Part shown: positions 11,642 through 24,067 of the stretch, one piece after another
Layout: each line of letters starts with the position of its first letter
How positions within the stretch are numbered: position 1 is the first letter of the stretch
Source: Felis catus
Taxonomy: Eukaryota
Length of the DNA stretch: 64,000 bases
Assembly (NCBI RefSeq): GCF_018350175.1
Contig: NC_058368.1
Span: 184,576,001-184,640,000 of the forward strand
Direction: 5' to 3'
Made by a program: the position numbers and the translations under genes
Notes under the pieces: model-generated
The model's database searches: none
Told to the model about the DNA's origin: nothing
The model's input: the letters and a program-made list of their open reading frames with translations, nothing else

Positions 11642-13701
11642 TGTAACATGGCAGAAAATTTATTAACACTTCTCCCTCTCATTAAGATGATGAAATCTAT
11701 GAAGTCTCCTTTTTAATTAGCATGGGCTTATGAATGTCTTGACCAATAGAGCACAGCAGATACGGCTCTATGACTTCCAAAACTTTTAAAGAGTTAAAAC
11801 ACCATGTAGCCTATGCTCTGTTCAATGGAACACTCAATAATGGAGCCCTGAGGCTCCATGTAAAAAGTCTTACTGTTCCAAGAAGCCCATGTTGGGGAAG
11901 CCATATGTAGGCACTCTTGTCAACACTCCCAGCTAAGTGCAGGTTCCAGCCACCCATGCCAAGGTGCCAGATATGTAATTCAAGCCAATATTCATAACCA
12001 GCCTTTTTGCCAGCAGAATGTCATGGAGTGACCTCTATCAATGTCCCCTTCATCTGAAGAAAAATCAAGTCAATGCCTAACCCAGAAATTTAAGAGATAC
12101 AATAAAATGGCTGGTAGTTTAAACCCCTATGTTTTGCAGTAGTTTTGTATGCAGCAACAGAATTGATAAAAAGAAGTGGTAAAACTAAAGGTACGTGTGG
12201 CATGGATTTAGGGAAAAGGCAATAAATGAAAGCATGATGACAAATGGCTATCAAAGGGCTTAATGGAAAGTGAAAAACAATTTTTTTGGAAGCTGGAGGA
12301 AAAGAAATTCTTGTTATTCAGTGGCAGAAAGTTTGTCAACACTATCACCTGGGATACTATAAGGAGCAGGAAGTATAGTTCATGAATTCAATGACCTACC
12401 TAAGGAGATTACTGGACAGTCCTGGAGATACCATCTGACCTGTTCTCAATGCCTATAATAAAATGAAAGAGGGAGCAATGAATCAAAGAATGAACTCCTC
12501 AGTTTTTGAATAGAATTTGGAGGAAATGTAAAGAGCCTAGGATATGCATTCCAAGCAACCCAGAATTCTCAAAGATATATAGCCTTAGGGAAAAGATCAA
12601 ATTCAGAGTACTGCAAATAAAACACAGCCTCAAGGAATCCAAGTTTTGGCTGTAAGATCCTTTCTTAAGATGTGAGAGATTCAAGTCAGCACCTCAAACA
12701 CCCTTTCATTTATACAGAGAGGCTTCTAAGAACATTAAAAGCATGACTCATAGTCCCTCTCAATGAGACAACATTGCTTCTAAGACTCATAAGAACCCCC
12801 AATTCTACAGACAGAACAGACTAAGAAAGTTTCTTAGCTGTAATATTGGCTATGCTTTAGGGAAGTACTACAGAGAGGGCAGAACCAAGAGTTGCAAAGA
12901 ATCCTTCACAGAGACCAGGACTGAGCCCTAGTAATGAAAGTGACAACATGTACACAGCTGAATTTCTGAACTGCTCTTACTAGTAACCACTACATACCTG
13001 CCATTTCCCCCCTTTCTGAACAGGAGTATCTAGTATGTCTTTTCCCCATCATTGTATCTCGCCTGGATGTGTGTGCTGGGAAAGGGAAGGAGGCAAGGCA
13101 TTATTTAAGTTCATAATACATCAGAACAAGAGGAATTGTGCCCACGCAATTGAACTCTAACAGCTTCATCTGCTGCTAGAGATGATTTAAATGAGATCCT
13201 GTACTTCAAGGCAGATTGTGGTAGCTTTAAAATGTGGATGCAAAATCTGTGATACTTCTCTCATCAAAGGTGATGCATACATACCCTCCCCTTGAACCAA
13301 GGGAAGCTACTGGATGCTTCAACCAATAGGATATAGTATCAGTGTGCTAAATGATTTCTGGAAATAGCTCATAACAGACCATGCAGCTTCTGTCTTATTC
13401 AATGGGAGTCTGACCATTGTGAGGCTGCCATGCTGGACAGACCATCTGTTAGCACTTTGATTGACAGTTCCAGCTGAGATCAGCCTTCCAATCATTCTCA
13501 CCAAGGCTCTGGAATATCAGTGAACCCACTCTGGAGGTGCTGGGGCAGTCCTAAACCGGGTGAATACCATGGTACCTTTATCCATACCACATAGAAAAAT
13601 CACCCAGCTGAACCTTGCCTGAAGTGGTAGAGTAAAATGTTTGTTGTTTTAAACTAACAGAGTGTGGGTTATTTGTTATGTAACCACAGATACGTGAAAC
13701 A
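11642..13701 (+). mobile_element. MaLR element (MLT1G/H-like): LTR about 11642-12165, internal region, LTR about 13217-13701
   Basis: Two similar LTRs starting TGT.. and ending with aataaa/gtaaaatg..gttttaa..tttgttatg..aca, flanking MLT-internal-like sequence. Confidence 0.7.
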
Positions 13702-13706
13702 CTTAC

Positions 13707-13955
13707 TGAAGTTTCCAGAGTATTTACCAGCCACTTCAGGCCAAATATCAGGAATCCACTGTGTGGAGGTTACAACTGGTACCTCTTATAAAAACTAATG
13801 TGGGGGCTGTGGCTGCTGATGCCACAAAAAGGAGTTGGTTTCAGCTAATTTCAGCAAGCCACAGAAGAAAAAATCCTTTCTCTTTAAAGGATTACTCCCT
13901 GACAGATATTTCCAGCCAGCCACAATATCCTCCTTAGTCTTCACCAAGCTTCAAG
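13707..13955 (-). pseudogene. Possible cadherin exon remnant
   Basis: Acceptor ttttcccAG, donor CA|GTAAGT. GNICQGVIL*RER / AATAPTLVFIRGTSCNLHT / PEVAG. Confidence 0.45.
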
Positions 13956-14339
13956 CTGGGAAAACTAAATTACAGTGACTTTTTCTCCCCATCTCTTCCC
14001 GTTTTATTGTCTTTCTCTAGAATGTATGTATAGGTACTCAAAAAATCTAGCAGGATTGAGCTTAAATCTCAATTCTAGACAAACATAAATATAAGTAAAC
14101 AGAGAATAACCTCTGGGTATATAGAAAATTTTAGAAATTGAAAACAAAGGGAATAACCTTCTCTGATCATACTTGACTAGCTTGCTTTGGACAAGGCGTC
14201 CTACTAGGAACAACTAGAAATCTGGATAAAATTTTTATCCAAAGTAAAACATTCAATGTCACTTATCCAATCACCTCAATCAAGAGGTTAAGAAACCAAA
14301 AAGCTGAGTAGAAGTTTTTGTAGTCAACTCCTTTATCTA

Positions 14340-15185
14340 TCCATATAGAAAAATTTGATGAATCATAAAGTTAAAATGTAAAAAAGAAAAAAAAAACCTT
14401 CTAGAAGAAAATGTAGAATAATATTTCTGTGATCAGAGGATAGGCTTGAACAGGACACAAATAATACTGGGGGGGCAGGGAATGATAAATTGGACTTCAA
14501 CAAAATATCTGCCCACACCAATTAAGAAAATGAAGAAACAAGCTGTAGACTTGGGAAAATATTTGCAGTGTATCTATCTGACAAAGAACTTGTATTCAGA
14601 ATAAAGAACTCCCACAAATTACCAATAAAAAATACCCTAAATTCCCAATTTAAAAAATGGATACAAGAATTAAACAGACTCTTTACAAGAAAATATATTT
14701 AATTGGTCAAGAAAAACAAGAAAATGTACTCAGCATTATTTTTACTAAGGAAAAGCAAATTAAAAACCACAATGAGATACTACTTCAAGGGTGATAGATG
14801 GCAAAAAAACAAAACGTTGGTGTGGATATGGAACAACCAGAATTATTATTCTTTGGTGGTTGGAAATGTGAATGACACAACCATTTTGTAGGACTGTGGA
14901 CAGTTTTTGATAAATAAAACACAGATCTACATTATAATCCAGCACAACTACTCTCAGGCATCTCTTTGAGAGAAATGAAAACATATGTATATACAATAAC
15001 ATGTACAAGAATGTTTACAGCATTCTTATTCATAATAACCAAATACTTATTCATAATAACCAACCTTATTCATAATAACCAAATACTAAAATAACCCAAA
15101 TGTCTATGAACAAGACAATAGATAAACAAATTGTAGTTTAGCCACACAATGGAATACAACTTACCAATAAAAGATGAATTAAGTA
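14340..15185 (+). mobile_element. Old L1M ORF2 3'/3'UTR fragment
   Basis: ORF 14703..14891 (KTTMRY) and typical L1M 3' sequence. Confidence 0.8.
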
Positions 15186-15699
15186 TTGATATATAAATAC
15201 CCTTTTTTCCATAAATTCAATTTCTAGAAGTTGCAAAGAAAATGAATTAGGAAGGTGTGTACAATTTAACTACAAGATAGTCATTAAGAACATGTCTAAT
15301 AGCAAATAATTAAATCAATCAAAGTTGCTCAATTGGAAATAGGTTAAATATCTGTAGTTTACACATATAATGAGAAGATATCAAAAATTAAAACTGGAAT
15401 ACAGCTTCATGGAAAACTAATCACGATGTATTAATTGAACAAACCAGCTTACAGTATAATAATATAGTATAATGATATATAGTATGTTATAGACAATGGA
15501 TGTCCATATAAACTTATATTCATCATATATGTATATCATATATCATAATGTGTGTATATATTGTACTTATGATAATATTTACATGTTTGCATATATGTGT
15601 ACACTTGTATGATGTGTGTGTATACCAAACATATGCATCAGAGTGTATGCACCTACAGAGAGACTAAGTGGTAGAGACAAGAAAAAGTCAGGCAGAAAC

Positions 15700-15948
15700 A
15701 GGGTTCTAGAACGTCTTTCTTCAATGACATTGCTGACTCTTATTTTGTTTTTCATAGATATTAATCACTAATTAAAAAAACCATGAACCAATAAAAATTT
15801 AGTGTTCAAATCAAATAATATGCTTATTTGTATTCTTTTTATATAACCTAATCATCAAAATGAATCATACTTTTCATCAGATGGTTTTCATACAGTCCGT
15901 GTACAATTGTCATTTCTCTTAAATCTGATGTGATGCTAACCCATATTT
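15700..15948 (-). pseudogene. Cadherin exon remnant
   Basis: Acceptor tttctcaatAG. KY / WVSITSDLREMTIVHGL / KPSDEK...LGYI...LFDLN. Confidence 0.45.
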
Positions 15949-15992
15949 CTATTGAGAAACACCAAAAGGAACAAGTCACAGATTTGCTTTTT

Positions 15993-16431
15993 ATTTGTTT
16001 TTCAATTTTTTTAAATATTTATTTATTTATTTATTTTTCAACGTTTATTTATTTTTGGGACAGAGAGAGACAGAGCATGAACGGGCGAGGGGCAGAGAGA
16101 GAGGGAGACACAGAATCGGAAACAGGCTCCAGGCTCTGAGCCATCAGCCCAGAGCCCGACGCGGGGCTTGAACTCACGGTCCGCGAGATCGTGACCTGGC
16201 TGAAGTCGGACGCTTAACCGACTGCGCCACCCAGGCGCCCCAAATATTTATTTATTTTTGAGACAGAGTACGAGCAGGGGAGGGGCAGAGAGAGAGGGAG
16301 ATAGAATCTGAAGCAGGCTCCAGGCCCTGAGCTGTTAGCTATCAGCCATGTGAGGCTCAAACTCACAAATCACGAGGTCATGACCTGAGCCAAATCCGGA
16401 CACCCAACCAACTGAGCCACCTAGACACCCC
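15993..16431 (-). mobile_element. Older Can-SINE with a younger feline SINE (about 16029-16241) nested in its tail
   Basis: Outer TSD gatttgcttttta; inner TSD aaatatttatttattt. Confidence 0.92.
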
Positions 16432-16609
16432 TGGATTTGCTTTTTAATGGATTGTGAAACTATGTAACTAAATTCTAAGATACCATGCCCAAGACCCTCC
16501 TTCCCATGCCCCAAACCTTCTTAGGTATAACAGGCAGAAGGAAGAAGGGAGTGTTTCCATTGACTGAACTCTCCTTAGAACACTTTTAAAATCACTTTTT
16601 CCTTACATG

Positions 16610-16815
16610 AACCTAAGTAAACATTTTCTGTAAAGAGCAATATAGTAAATAATTTTGACTTACTGGCTATTGGTCTCTATCACAACTATAAAATCTGCCG
16701 TTGGACTGTAAAAGGACCCAAAACAATACATAAATAAATGATTGTGGCTATGTTCCAATAAAACCTCATTCACAAAAACAGGCAGTGGGCCAATGTAGCA
16801 TAAAGATCACTGCCC
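16610..16815 (+). mobile_element. MER58A (hAT-Charlie)
   Basis: aaacattttctgtaaagagcaatatagtaaata...ggctatgttccaataaaac...caaaaacaggcagtgggcc. Confidence 0.8.
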
Positions 16816-17139
16816 TATATAATACTGATGTCTGCCCTATATAATAAAAAAAAATCATTAATAATGATACAAATGTAACGAAAATCTGGAGTAAATAGAA
16901 TAGAAATAGTATGGACAAGGTAAGGCAAGGATTAATAAATTAAATAGATTTTATGCACTGAATACTGATTTTGCTGATCTGAACTATTTTGCCAAAATGT
17001 TACTAATATGTCCTTCTCTATATGAATATACAACCTCTAACAAGTATTTAAAATATTTAAGTTAAGAAGAATCTTGTAGTGAAAGGAAGAATTACATTTT
17101 AAGACCTTTTTTTCTTTTTTTTTTTTTTAACAGATATAT

Positions 17140-17397
17140 ATCACGGCAAAGGTATACACCAAGTTACTGATGGCAATTATCTCTGATGGTTAAACTGATG
17201 AGTTGAGTGACCATGTCACTGGGAAAACTTGGGAAACAAACCAAAGCTAAAATAATTAAAATATATGCCTTTGGAAATATGTGTTTATTGACCAACAATT
17301 TTGTTTCATTATATTGTTAGATTTACAAAACAGTTCTATTCAAAACTTAATGACAAAAAATGAATAAAATTATTTCCTTTTTTAATATTTATTTATT

Positions 17398-17442
<45 letters not shown>

Positions 17443-17682
17443 GCAGGGGCAGGGGAGGGCCAGAGAGAGAGGGAGAGACACAGAACTCGAAGTGGGCTCC
17501 AGGCTCTGTGCTGTCAATACAGAGCCCGATGCGGGGCTTGAACTAACAAACTGTGAGATCATGACCTGAGCTGAAGTCGGATGCTTAACCAACTGAGCCA
17601 CCCAGGTGCCTGTGAATAAAATTATTTCTAATAATAAAACATGTACACATGTTCATTCAAGCAATTTTTTTCTACGAATTAA
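17140..17682 (-). pseudogene. Cadherin exon remnant split by a Can-SINE
   Basis: Acceptor atacAG. FVEKNCLNEHV, then (SINE removed) FYSF...ELF / KLLVNKHIFPKAYILIILALVCFPSFPSDMVTQLISLTIRDNC, matching Y.LII.A.D.G.PS...I.L..NDN. Confidence 0.6.
17377..17610 (-). mobile_element. Can-SINE
   Basis: Full SINE with (GA)n; TSD tgaataaaattatttc. Confidence 0.95.
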
Positions 17683-17707
17683 CTGTATATTTAAAAGTAG
17701 CAGAAGA

Positions 17708-17837
17708 GGGGTCCCTGGGTGGCTCAGTTGGGCATCCGACTTTGGCTCAGGTCACGATCTCCCAGATCATGAGATCAAGTCCCATATCAGGCTGTGTGAT
17801 GACAGTTTGGCGCCTGCTTGGGATTCTCTCTCTCATT

Positions 17838-17890
<53 letters not shown>

Positions 17891-17965
17891 CCTCTCCCTC
17901 TCTCTCTGCCCCTCTCCTGCTCTCTCTCTCTCTCTCAAAATAAATAAATAAACTTAAAAAAATTT
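17708..17965 (+). mobile_element. Can-SINE (older)
   Basis: ggggtccctgggtggctcag head, (CT)n, aaataaataa tail. Confidence 0.92.
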
Positions 17966-17969
17966 TTCC

Positions 17970-18181
17970 CACAGTTTTAATTATTCTGAAGTGTAATTAT
18001 AGCATTTCAAATTTAAATCCTATCATTTAAAGAATATTTCATTTGTTCTGGTCTTTTATAGGGATGCACTGAAACAGTTTCCTGTTCATAAATTTTGTTT
18101 TGAACAACTGTCATTTGCTAAAAAGCAACAAGAGCTGATATTTCTTGGTGCTCCATTTATAAATACATTAAATATTTCCAA
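17970..18181 (-). pseudogene. Possible cadherin exon remnant
   Basis: Acceptor aaatcAG after a pyrimidine tract. FNVFINGAPRN....LANDS / RTNEIFF / KFEML*LHFRI. Confidence 0.4.
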
Positions 18182-18409
18182 CTGATTTTGAACAAAGTGT
18201 AAGAAAAAAGTGAGATGGTTCGTTATCAAAAAAAAAAAAAGCTCAATATCATAATAGAGCAGTTAGGTTTCTTTCCAAAGTTTTCAGAGCCTAAAACATT
18301 TCTATCTGATGGTGGGCAGCAAAAATGGAAAGCACATCTGCCAGCTAAAATTCTTTTTTTTGTCATATTTTTTTGTTTTTATTCTCACATTAAAATTGTG
18401 TTGTTCAGT

Positions 18410-18839
18410 TACTCTAAAGTGTGTGTGTGTTTAAGCTGTATAAATTTGACAGTTTATGCTTCTGCTACCATTGATAGAATAGGAACAATGATAAATTATG
18501 TGCTCAGCATGATGAATACCAAGCACATTGCTCAAGTTTTCTTAATTTAATAATACTGTTTTCCAGTGATTCTATGCTCCACTATTTTTAGTAATACCAC
18601 AAACCAAGTAATTTCACTTTGAATAGTAAAACTTTTAACTGAATTTTACAAAAGCATCCACCAGAATATCAGATATTTCACATTTTACAGAATGAACACC
18701 CAAAACCTTTACTTTGATTCCACAGATTGGATGGGGGAAGAAATTGATCCACTATTACAATTAACTAGTTTTCTTTTTGAAGGATGTGAACATTCTGATA
18801 TAAACCTGCCATCATTTAGCAATTGGAGATAGTCTTCTG
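18410..18839 (-). pseudogene. Cadherin exon remnant (3' boundary approximate)
   Basis: Acceptor gtattAG is in phase with the previous exon (AAAD-A-EDYLQLLNDGRF). Then *LIVIVDQFLPPS / GIKVKVLGVH / VEHRITG / PILSMVA. Confidence 0.5.
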
Positions 18840-18984
18840 CTAATACAGCCAAAAACATTCACAGCTATTGCTTAAGTTTTCATACATGCACAAGAAATTC
18901 TGGATAAAAACTGAATAAGAGCTATTTTAAAGTCATTTTATCTAAATGATAAATGATATTTCACAGAGTGATATGTAAACATAC

Positions 18985-19310
18985 CATCTGCAGCTGCATA
19001 TTAAATCAGTCTTCAGGCACATTCTTCTTCATATAATTATTAACTTCTGAAGTAAATTCTGATGCTTCCTCAGCCTATTTGTCTTCTGTTTCCTATGTAG
19101 TCATTGATATCACTATGGTCCCTGTGGCAGGTAGTAATTGTCAACAAATATTTTGCATAAGCAAGATTTCTCCATCAACTTTTTTGACAAAAAGAAATTT
19201 AGTGCTTAATTTTAAGTACGCAACTCCAGTTTTTGAGCTCATCACACCCAAAAGGAATTCAGTCCAAAATTAAATATATCACCCAATAAAGCATATCTTT
19301 GTATATTTAT
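18985..19310 (-). pseudogene. Cadherin exon remnant
   Basis: Branch-like tactgat plus tatAG acceptor; donor ATG|GTATGT. VKKVDGEILL...PATGTIVISM...AEEASEFTSEVNNYMKKNVPED / YAAAD. Confidence 0.6.
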
Positions 19311-20187
19311 CTATATAATAAATATCAGTATCACTGTAGCAATAATGTTCAGAATACTTTCAATATTCTCGGGATCTCTTTCCTGCTATTTCACATACAT
19401 TTAACTTATAAATGTCCATGTTACACACTTTCTCCTCCAACTGGTTACCTGACAACTTTATGCATCTCACTGGCCACAGCATAATGTCTGTCTGGCACAT
19501 CAAGTAGGGAAAACAATGAATATTTTCTTCCACTGACACCAAATAACGACTTACCAGTGCCTGGTCATTTTATAGTTGTTATCAAGTAAATGAAGAGGAT
19601 AAAAAACATAAACAGATCACAACTGAGTATTCTGTTTTACTTTGTTTCCCAGGTTTAATCATGTGATAAAGTGAAACCTCTGATCAACGCATGGAAGGAG
19701 TTGGAAGGTCAGCATGGAGGTCTACAAAACCTTAATAGGTGAACTCTTCCAACAGACAAGTGGAAATTGGAATTAGCAAAGTAATACCATATGCAACAGC
19801 ATCAAAACATGAAATACTCAGGGATAACTTAAACAGGATATGTGCAAAAGGACTGTACACAAAATCTACCAAGCCTGGAATCTCCAGCAGTTAAATGGCC
19901 ACTCTCTCTAATGTGGTTCTAACCTCATGGTTACTCCTCCAGGTTAAACTCACTGATGTTCCAGTCTGTTCTCCCACCAGGTTGTGTGCTCTTTGAGGGG
20001 TTTTACCCCAAAGCTGCATCCTCACACTTAAAGTCACATCTAACATAAAGATAATTTAAAAAATGTTGGGAGTGGCAAAGAAAAAAAGAATGGAAGAAGA
20101 GGAAAAGACACCCTTTTCATTAGTGTTTTCTTCTGTCATTCTGTAAACACCAAAGCTAGTCTTCATTATCAAAAATTCCTGGATTTA

Positions 20188-20660
20188 TGTTATTAAAGGA
20201 ACCAGGGATTTTTGTTTTCATTCAAATACGGTGAGGTCAACAGATGAGGAGATGATTGCCATTGAAAAGACAGTTTGTTACCCACAGTTCCCAAGAGGAG
20301 GGGCATGCCATGTTTCACAGGGCCACACAGAAAAGGAGCAGCATCAGTCAGGAGGCAAAAGGAGTGAGGGAAAGGGGTGGGCAAAAAAGCCTTTATTGTG
20401 GTTTTCATGAGAAAGAATGGGCAAGGCAGAGTAAGCAGCTGAATGGGTTTAGGATTGGATTGTTTGAATAACTTCAGTGGACTCTGGGGTACAGGGGTGA
20501 CCTCTAGTCTTCCAGCACCTGGTCTTGGGGTGATTTAGGACAACGGAATTATGTCTCAGACTTCAGGAGCCTGATAAAATAAGGCAGAAGGGGATATGGC
20601 CTCAAGATTGGTTGCTTTGCATACTAAAGGCATGCTCACAGACCAGTATTTGCTATCTCC
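20188..20660 (-). mobile_element. ERV-type solo LTR fragment (family not assigned)
   Basis: gaggtcaacagatgaggagatgattgccattgaaaagacagtttgttacccacagttcccaagagg resembles eutherian LTR consensi, recognised from memory. Confidence 0.6.
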
Positions 20661-20821
20661 AAGAATGAGGCTATCTCTCTCCCCCTCTGACTCCCACACC
20701 CTCCACCCCCAACCCCTAACAGTGAAGCCCCACACGCCTTATATAAGAAAGAAAAGAAAAAAAGTAAGAAAGTATAGTTAGAAAAAGTAAGAAAATATAG
20801 TTAATGCAATTTATATGGTAC

Positions 20822-21233
20822 CTTTCCTGTATATATTATAGTTTATTCTGTAACCTCACAATAAAACTGGGTGTGCACTGCTGGTTATCTAGGTATAATC
20901 GCTATTTTTAGTCTATAAAATCAATCTAACATTTTGCTAAATATCAAGTGAAAAATTGCTTAGATGATGTGCTGAGGCATATTCCTCTATATTCTGCAAT
21001 AAGCACTATGTAAACATTGAGAGAGAGATTTAATTTGTGTATGGAAAGATGGATTACACAGTCAACTTCTTTAACTTTTATTTCCTACTGTGAATCAACA
21101 AAAGCCATGCTTTAGTGCCTCCCGAGATAAGTAATAGAAAATGCCACAGACACAAACTGCTGAGTTATCTTCACCCTTGTTCTTTTATTTAATATTATGT
21201 CCATGTTATTTCATTTAATAAACGATACAAGGG
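20822..21233 (-). pseudogene. Cadherin exon remnant
   Basis: Acceptor ttttctcAG. GIFYYLS...HGF / VDSQ*EIKVKEVD...VLIAEYRGICLSTS / LDNQQCTPSF. Confidence 0.7.
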
Positions 21234-21381
21234 CTGAGAAAACACAATAGTGTGTCTGTCCATGTAAAGATATAGGAGAAATCAATTACAACATAATAGA
21301 AAGCATTATATTTTATAACATACATTTTGTTTAAAGTATTAGGAAAAGACCACACTATATTAGACTCCAAAATATATTTAC

Positions 21382-21566
21382 CTTAACACAAAATCCACTC
21401 TAACAAAAGAACAAAGCATTTATCACTGCTCTGATATCACTATTAGGTTTTCATTTCTGATGCTTCTCCCGCATGTCTGATTTTGGCATTTTTCAGGGTT
21501 AAACTCAGGAACAACAATAATTAAATATAAGACCATGAAATACTTGCATCATAATGTTCTCAACTG
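21382..21566 (-). pseudogene. Cadherin exon remnant
   Basis: Acceptor ttacccAG, donor AAG|GTAAAT. FMVLYLIIVVPEFNPEK is two substitutions from VLDLN..VPEF; then NAKI / LIVIS / SDK. Confidence 0.55.
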
Positions 21567-21709
21567 CTGGGTAAATGCACAAAACAAAATATTCATTTAG
21601 GAAATTGTGTTTTTGTGTCTCAAATGGCCTCTCTCAATTGCCCTCTCACTTCCAAGAATATAAACATCGGCTAGCTCAAAAAAGGGTTTTTAAACATAAC
21701 CTATAATAA

Positions 21710-21950
21710 CAATAGTAATATTAAACACCTAATATTTGAAATCTTACTATGTGCTTATTAAGTATTTGACATACATGATTCCATTCATTCCTCCAAACAA
21801 CGTGAGGGATGTATTTATGCCATTCATTGGCAGATGGGAAAACTGGTCGACAGAGAAATTCAGAAACTCGATCAGTCACTCAGTAAGTAGTAAACCTTGG
21901 ATTTAAATTCAGGGCTCTCTGACTCTGAATCTATACTTTTAACCACTCTA
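21710..21950 (-). mobile_element. MIR SINE
   Basis: Reverse MIR core (cattggcagatgggaaaactgg..cagagaaatt). Further MIR fragments at about 22390-22620, 22900-23070, 38600-38745 and 45730-45880. Confidence 0.7.
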
Positions 21951-22029
21951 TTATGTTGGATCTCAAGTATACACTGCTTGGTTGGAGCATTTTCCCCTAG
22001 AAACCATGTTACATTGTTTATAGTCCTAT

Positions 22030-22225
22030 GAGTACCCACAAAAGCATATCGCGTTCATATAAAATGTGAATACTGTTATGCAGAATCTGACCATAATTGG
22101 AAAGTTTCCTCTGTGAGACAACACATTCTATGATTTCTGTTCCCGGATAGCAAGAATAGATTTTTTTTTGTATTTATGTAATTGGACTATGCAATCTCTC
22201 CTCTTTCCCCTGTGTCCTCTTAAAC
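22030..22225 (-). pseudogene. Cadherin exon remnant
   Basis: Acceptor gtattcAG. EDTGERGEIA*S is the classic D.DTG.NGEI.YS with Tyr>TAG. It is followed by NLFLL / PGTEII. Confidence 0.7.
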
Positions 22226-23079
22226 CTGAATACAGTAGATTATGTGGAGTTTTGTGATGTAATAAGGGAGTAAAATAAGAATCATTTTCACTATTGGGGG
22301 GGACACAGGTGGGTAATTAGACAAAGACTAAAATGATTATAATGGGTACAGTAGAAGAGGAGACTCTGTTCCAAGTTTGTTTAAGGGAATACACTCCTAT
22401 CATATATTATGCACCTATATTTTCCAAGAACTTGCTAGATGTTTTAAAGATATTACCTCTAACCCTCACAGCAGCGTTATGAGGTACATATATTCTTATT
22501 TTATAGTTAGGGTCAGTTGAAACTAAAAGTGGTGCACACAACCAGGGAAGCAGTAGACTCAGCTTCTGATTTTAGAAGAATCTGAATTTCTGGTATTCCA
22601 GATCCCAAGTCTCCACTACAACGTGGTCATTGCTGATAACAGATGTCTGAGAGGGCAGTAAACTATCAGCCTAAAGGTTAAGGTTGTTCCACAGCTGTAT
22701 TTTACTTGGGGCACCAAGTGTTTTAAATAATTTTTAACTTAAGTTCCTTCCCTCACCAATTTGTTACAGTTCCCCCCAGACACCATCTCTTACACTTAGC
22801 TTCCAACACAGTTATATTAATTTAATGACTCCTGAAAGAATTTAAGAAGCCTAGTAGAAGATGAGGAGGAGGACATCAAGATATTAACACCAAAGGTCTT
22901 CACTAAATGCTTTACACGTGTTATCCCAAATCTAATCATAACCACCCAATCTGTTAGATATGGGTATTCCCATTTTACAGATAAAGACGTTTATTAATTT
23001 TCCTAAGGTCATATACTCTCTAGTGGTAGAGCTTGGATTTGAATCCAAGTCTATACTACTCAAATTATGTGTTCCTATC

Positions 23080-23410
23080 TACTATTGTATTGATTCTACA
23101 AGAGTACTATTGTGGCAAATGTTGCAAATGTTTCTATCAAAAGCAACTCCTGAACAATAGCTAATATCATCAGAATGCGCTCTAAGAACCAGCAAAGGAA
23201 GCTGATTAACTTGTTCATCAGTGGACTCTCCCTTTAAAAAAGAACTAGCCAATTCAATTGCAAACACCTTCTACTGAGAAAACCTTCAGCCTAAGAGGTT
23301 GAATTAATTGTCCAGAGGATTTGAGGCTAAATAGTGTGTCCTTTGATCCCACTCTTGAATCAATGGCCCTCATGTCCTTCTGTCAATGTGAAGACTACAA
23401 CTTCTCATCC
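23080..23410 (-). pseudogene. Cadherin exon remnant (one whole EC repeat)
   Basis: Strong acceptor tcttctgctgtctAG. VVFTLTEG / MRAIDSRVGSKDTLFSLKS / VFAIELASSFLKGESTDEQVNQLPLLVLRAHSD (ORF 23082..23267) / TFATIVLL. Confidence 0.65.
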
Positions 23411-23581
23411 CTAGACAGCAGAAGAGCAAATGTGCTAGAAGGGAGGCTTGCTGATGTATTAAAGAGAACTGCAACCTGGGCGGAGGATTGATGGTGGCTT
23501 CACAAGAATGTGCTCTCCCATCCACTCACAAGTGTAATTTAAAGAGGATTTTTCAAGGCATGGATAGACACCATTACTCAC

Positions 23582-24050
23582 ATCAGTTCCCACTGCCTTC
23601 TCCCTCTATAACTCTTTACCAATTCTGGTCCACAGCTACTCTGCCCTGTTTAATCAACAGCATGCATTTCAGAAGTATTCTCTAGCATCCCCAAATGAAT
23701 TTCTTATAACGCAAATTGAATGAAGTGGTGAAAATGATAAATATGTCTGCAGTGTAACATATTTGTTTCAAGCTGTAGGATCTGCCTGAGGGTAAAAGGG
23801 ACTCCCCAAACAAACTATGCCAACTTCAGATTTGAAATGATCTATTTGACCGTGATCTTACTCTGTTTGTATCCCATGATTTTTTTTTTTTTTTGCTGTG
23901 AAAGTTTTCATCTACAATGTTTTATGACATTGAGGTCAATTCTCTGCTTTGAAATCAAATATATAAGTAAGTTCAAGGACATGAATCTTTTCAGGACAAA
24001 TATTTCATAAATTTAAATGCGTATTTGATTCATAATGCTTTTCTAACCCT
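23582..24050 (-). pseudogene. Cadherin exon remnant (boundaries approximate)
   Basis: YEIFV / PEKIHVLELTYIFDFKAEN / IDLN / NIVDEN ... YTADIFII ... EMHAVD*. Donor GAT|GTGAGT. Confidence 0.55.
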
Positions 24051-24067
24051 TTCCCCATATTATAATT

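Noticed and set aside
17104..17155. Plus-strand micro-exon (long T-tract, AG, 18 nt, GTATAC)
   Set aside because: The donor is weak, there is no partner exon on the plus strand, and T-runs are common here.
17360..17972. ORFs with ERERER or SLSLSL runs and MAQ..K.PTSAQVMI peptides
   Set aside because: They are translations of Can-SINE bodies and (GA/CT)n tracts.
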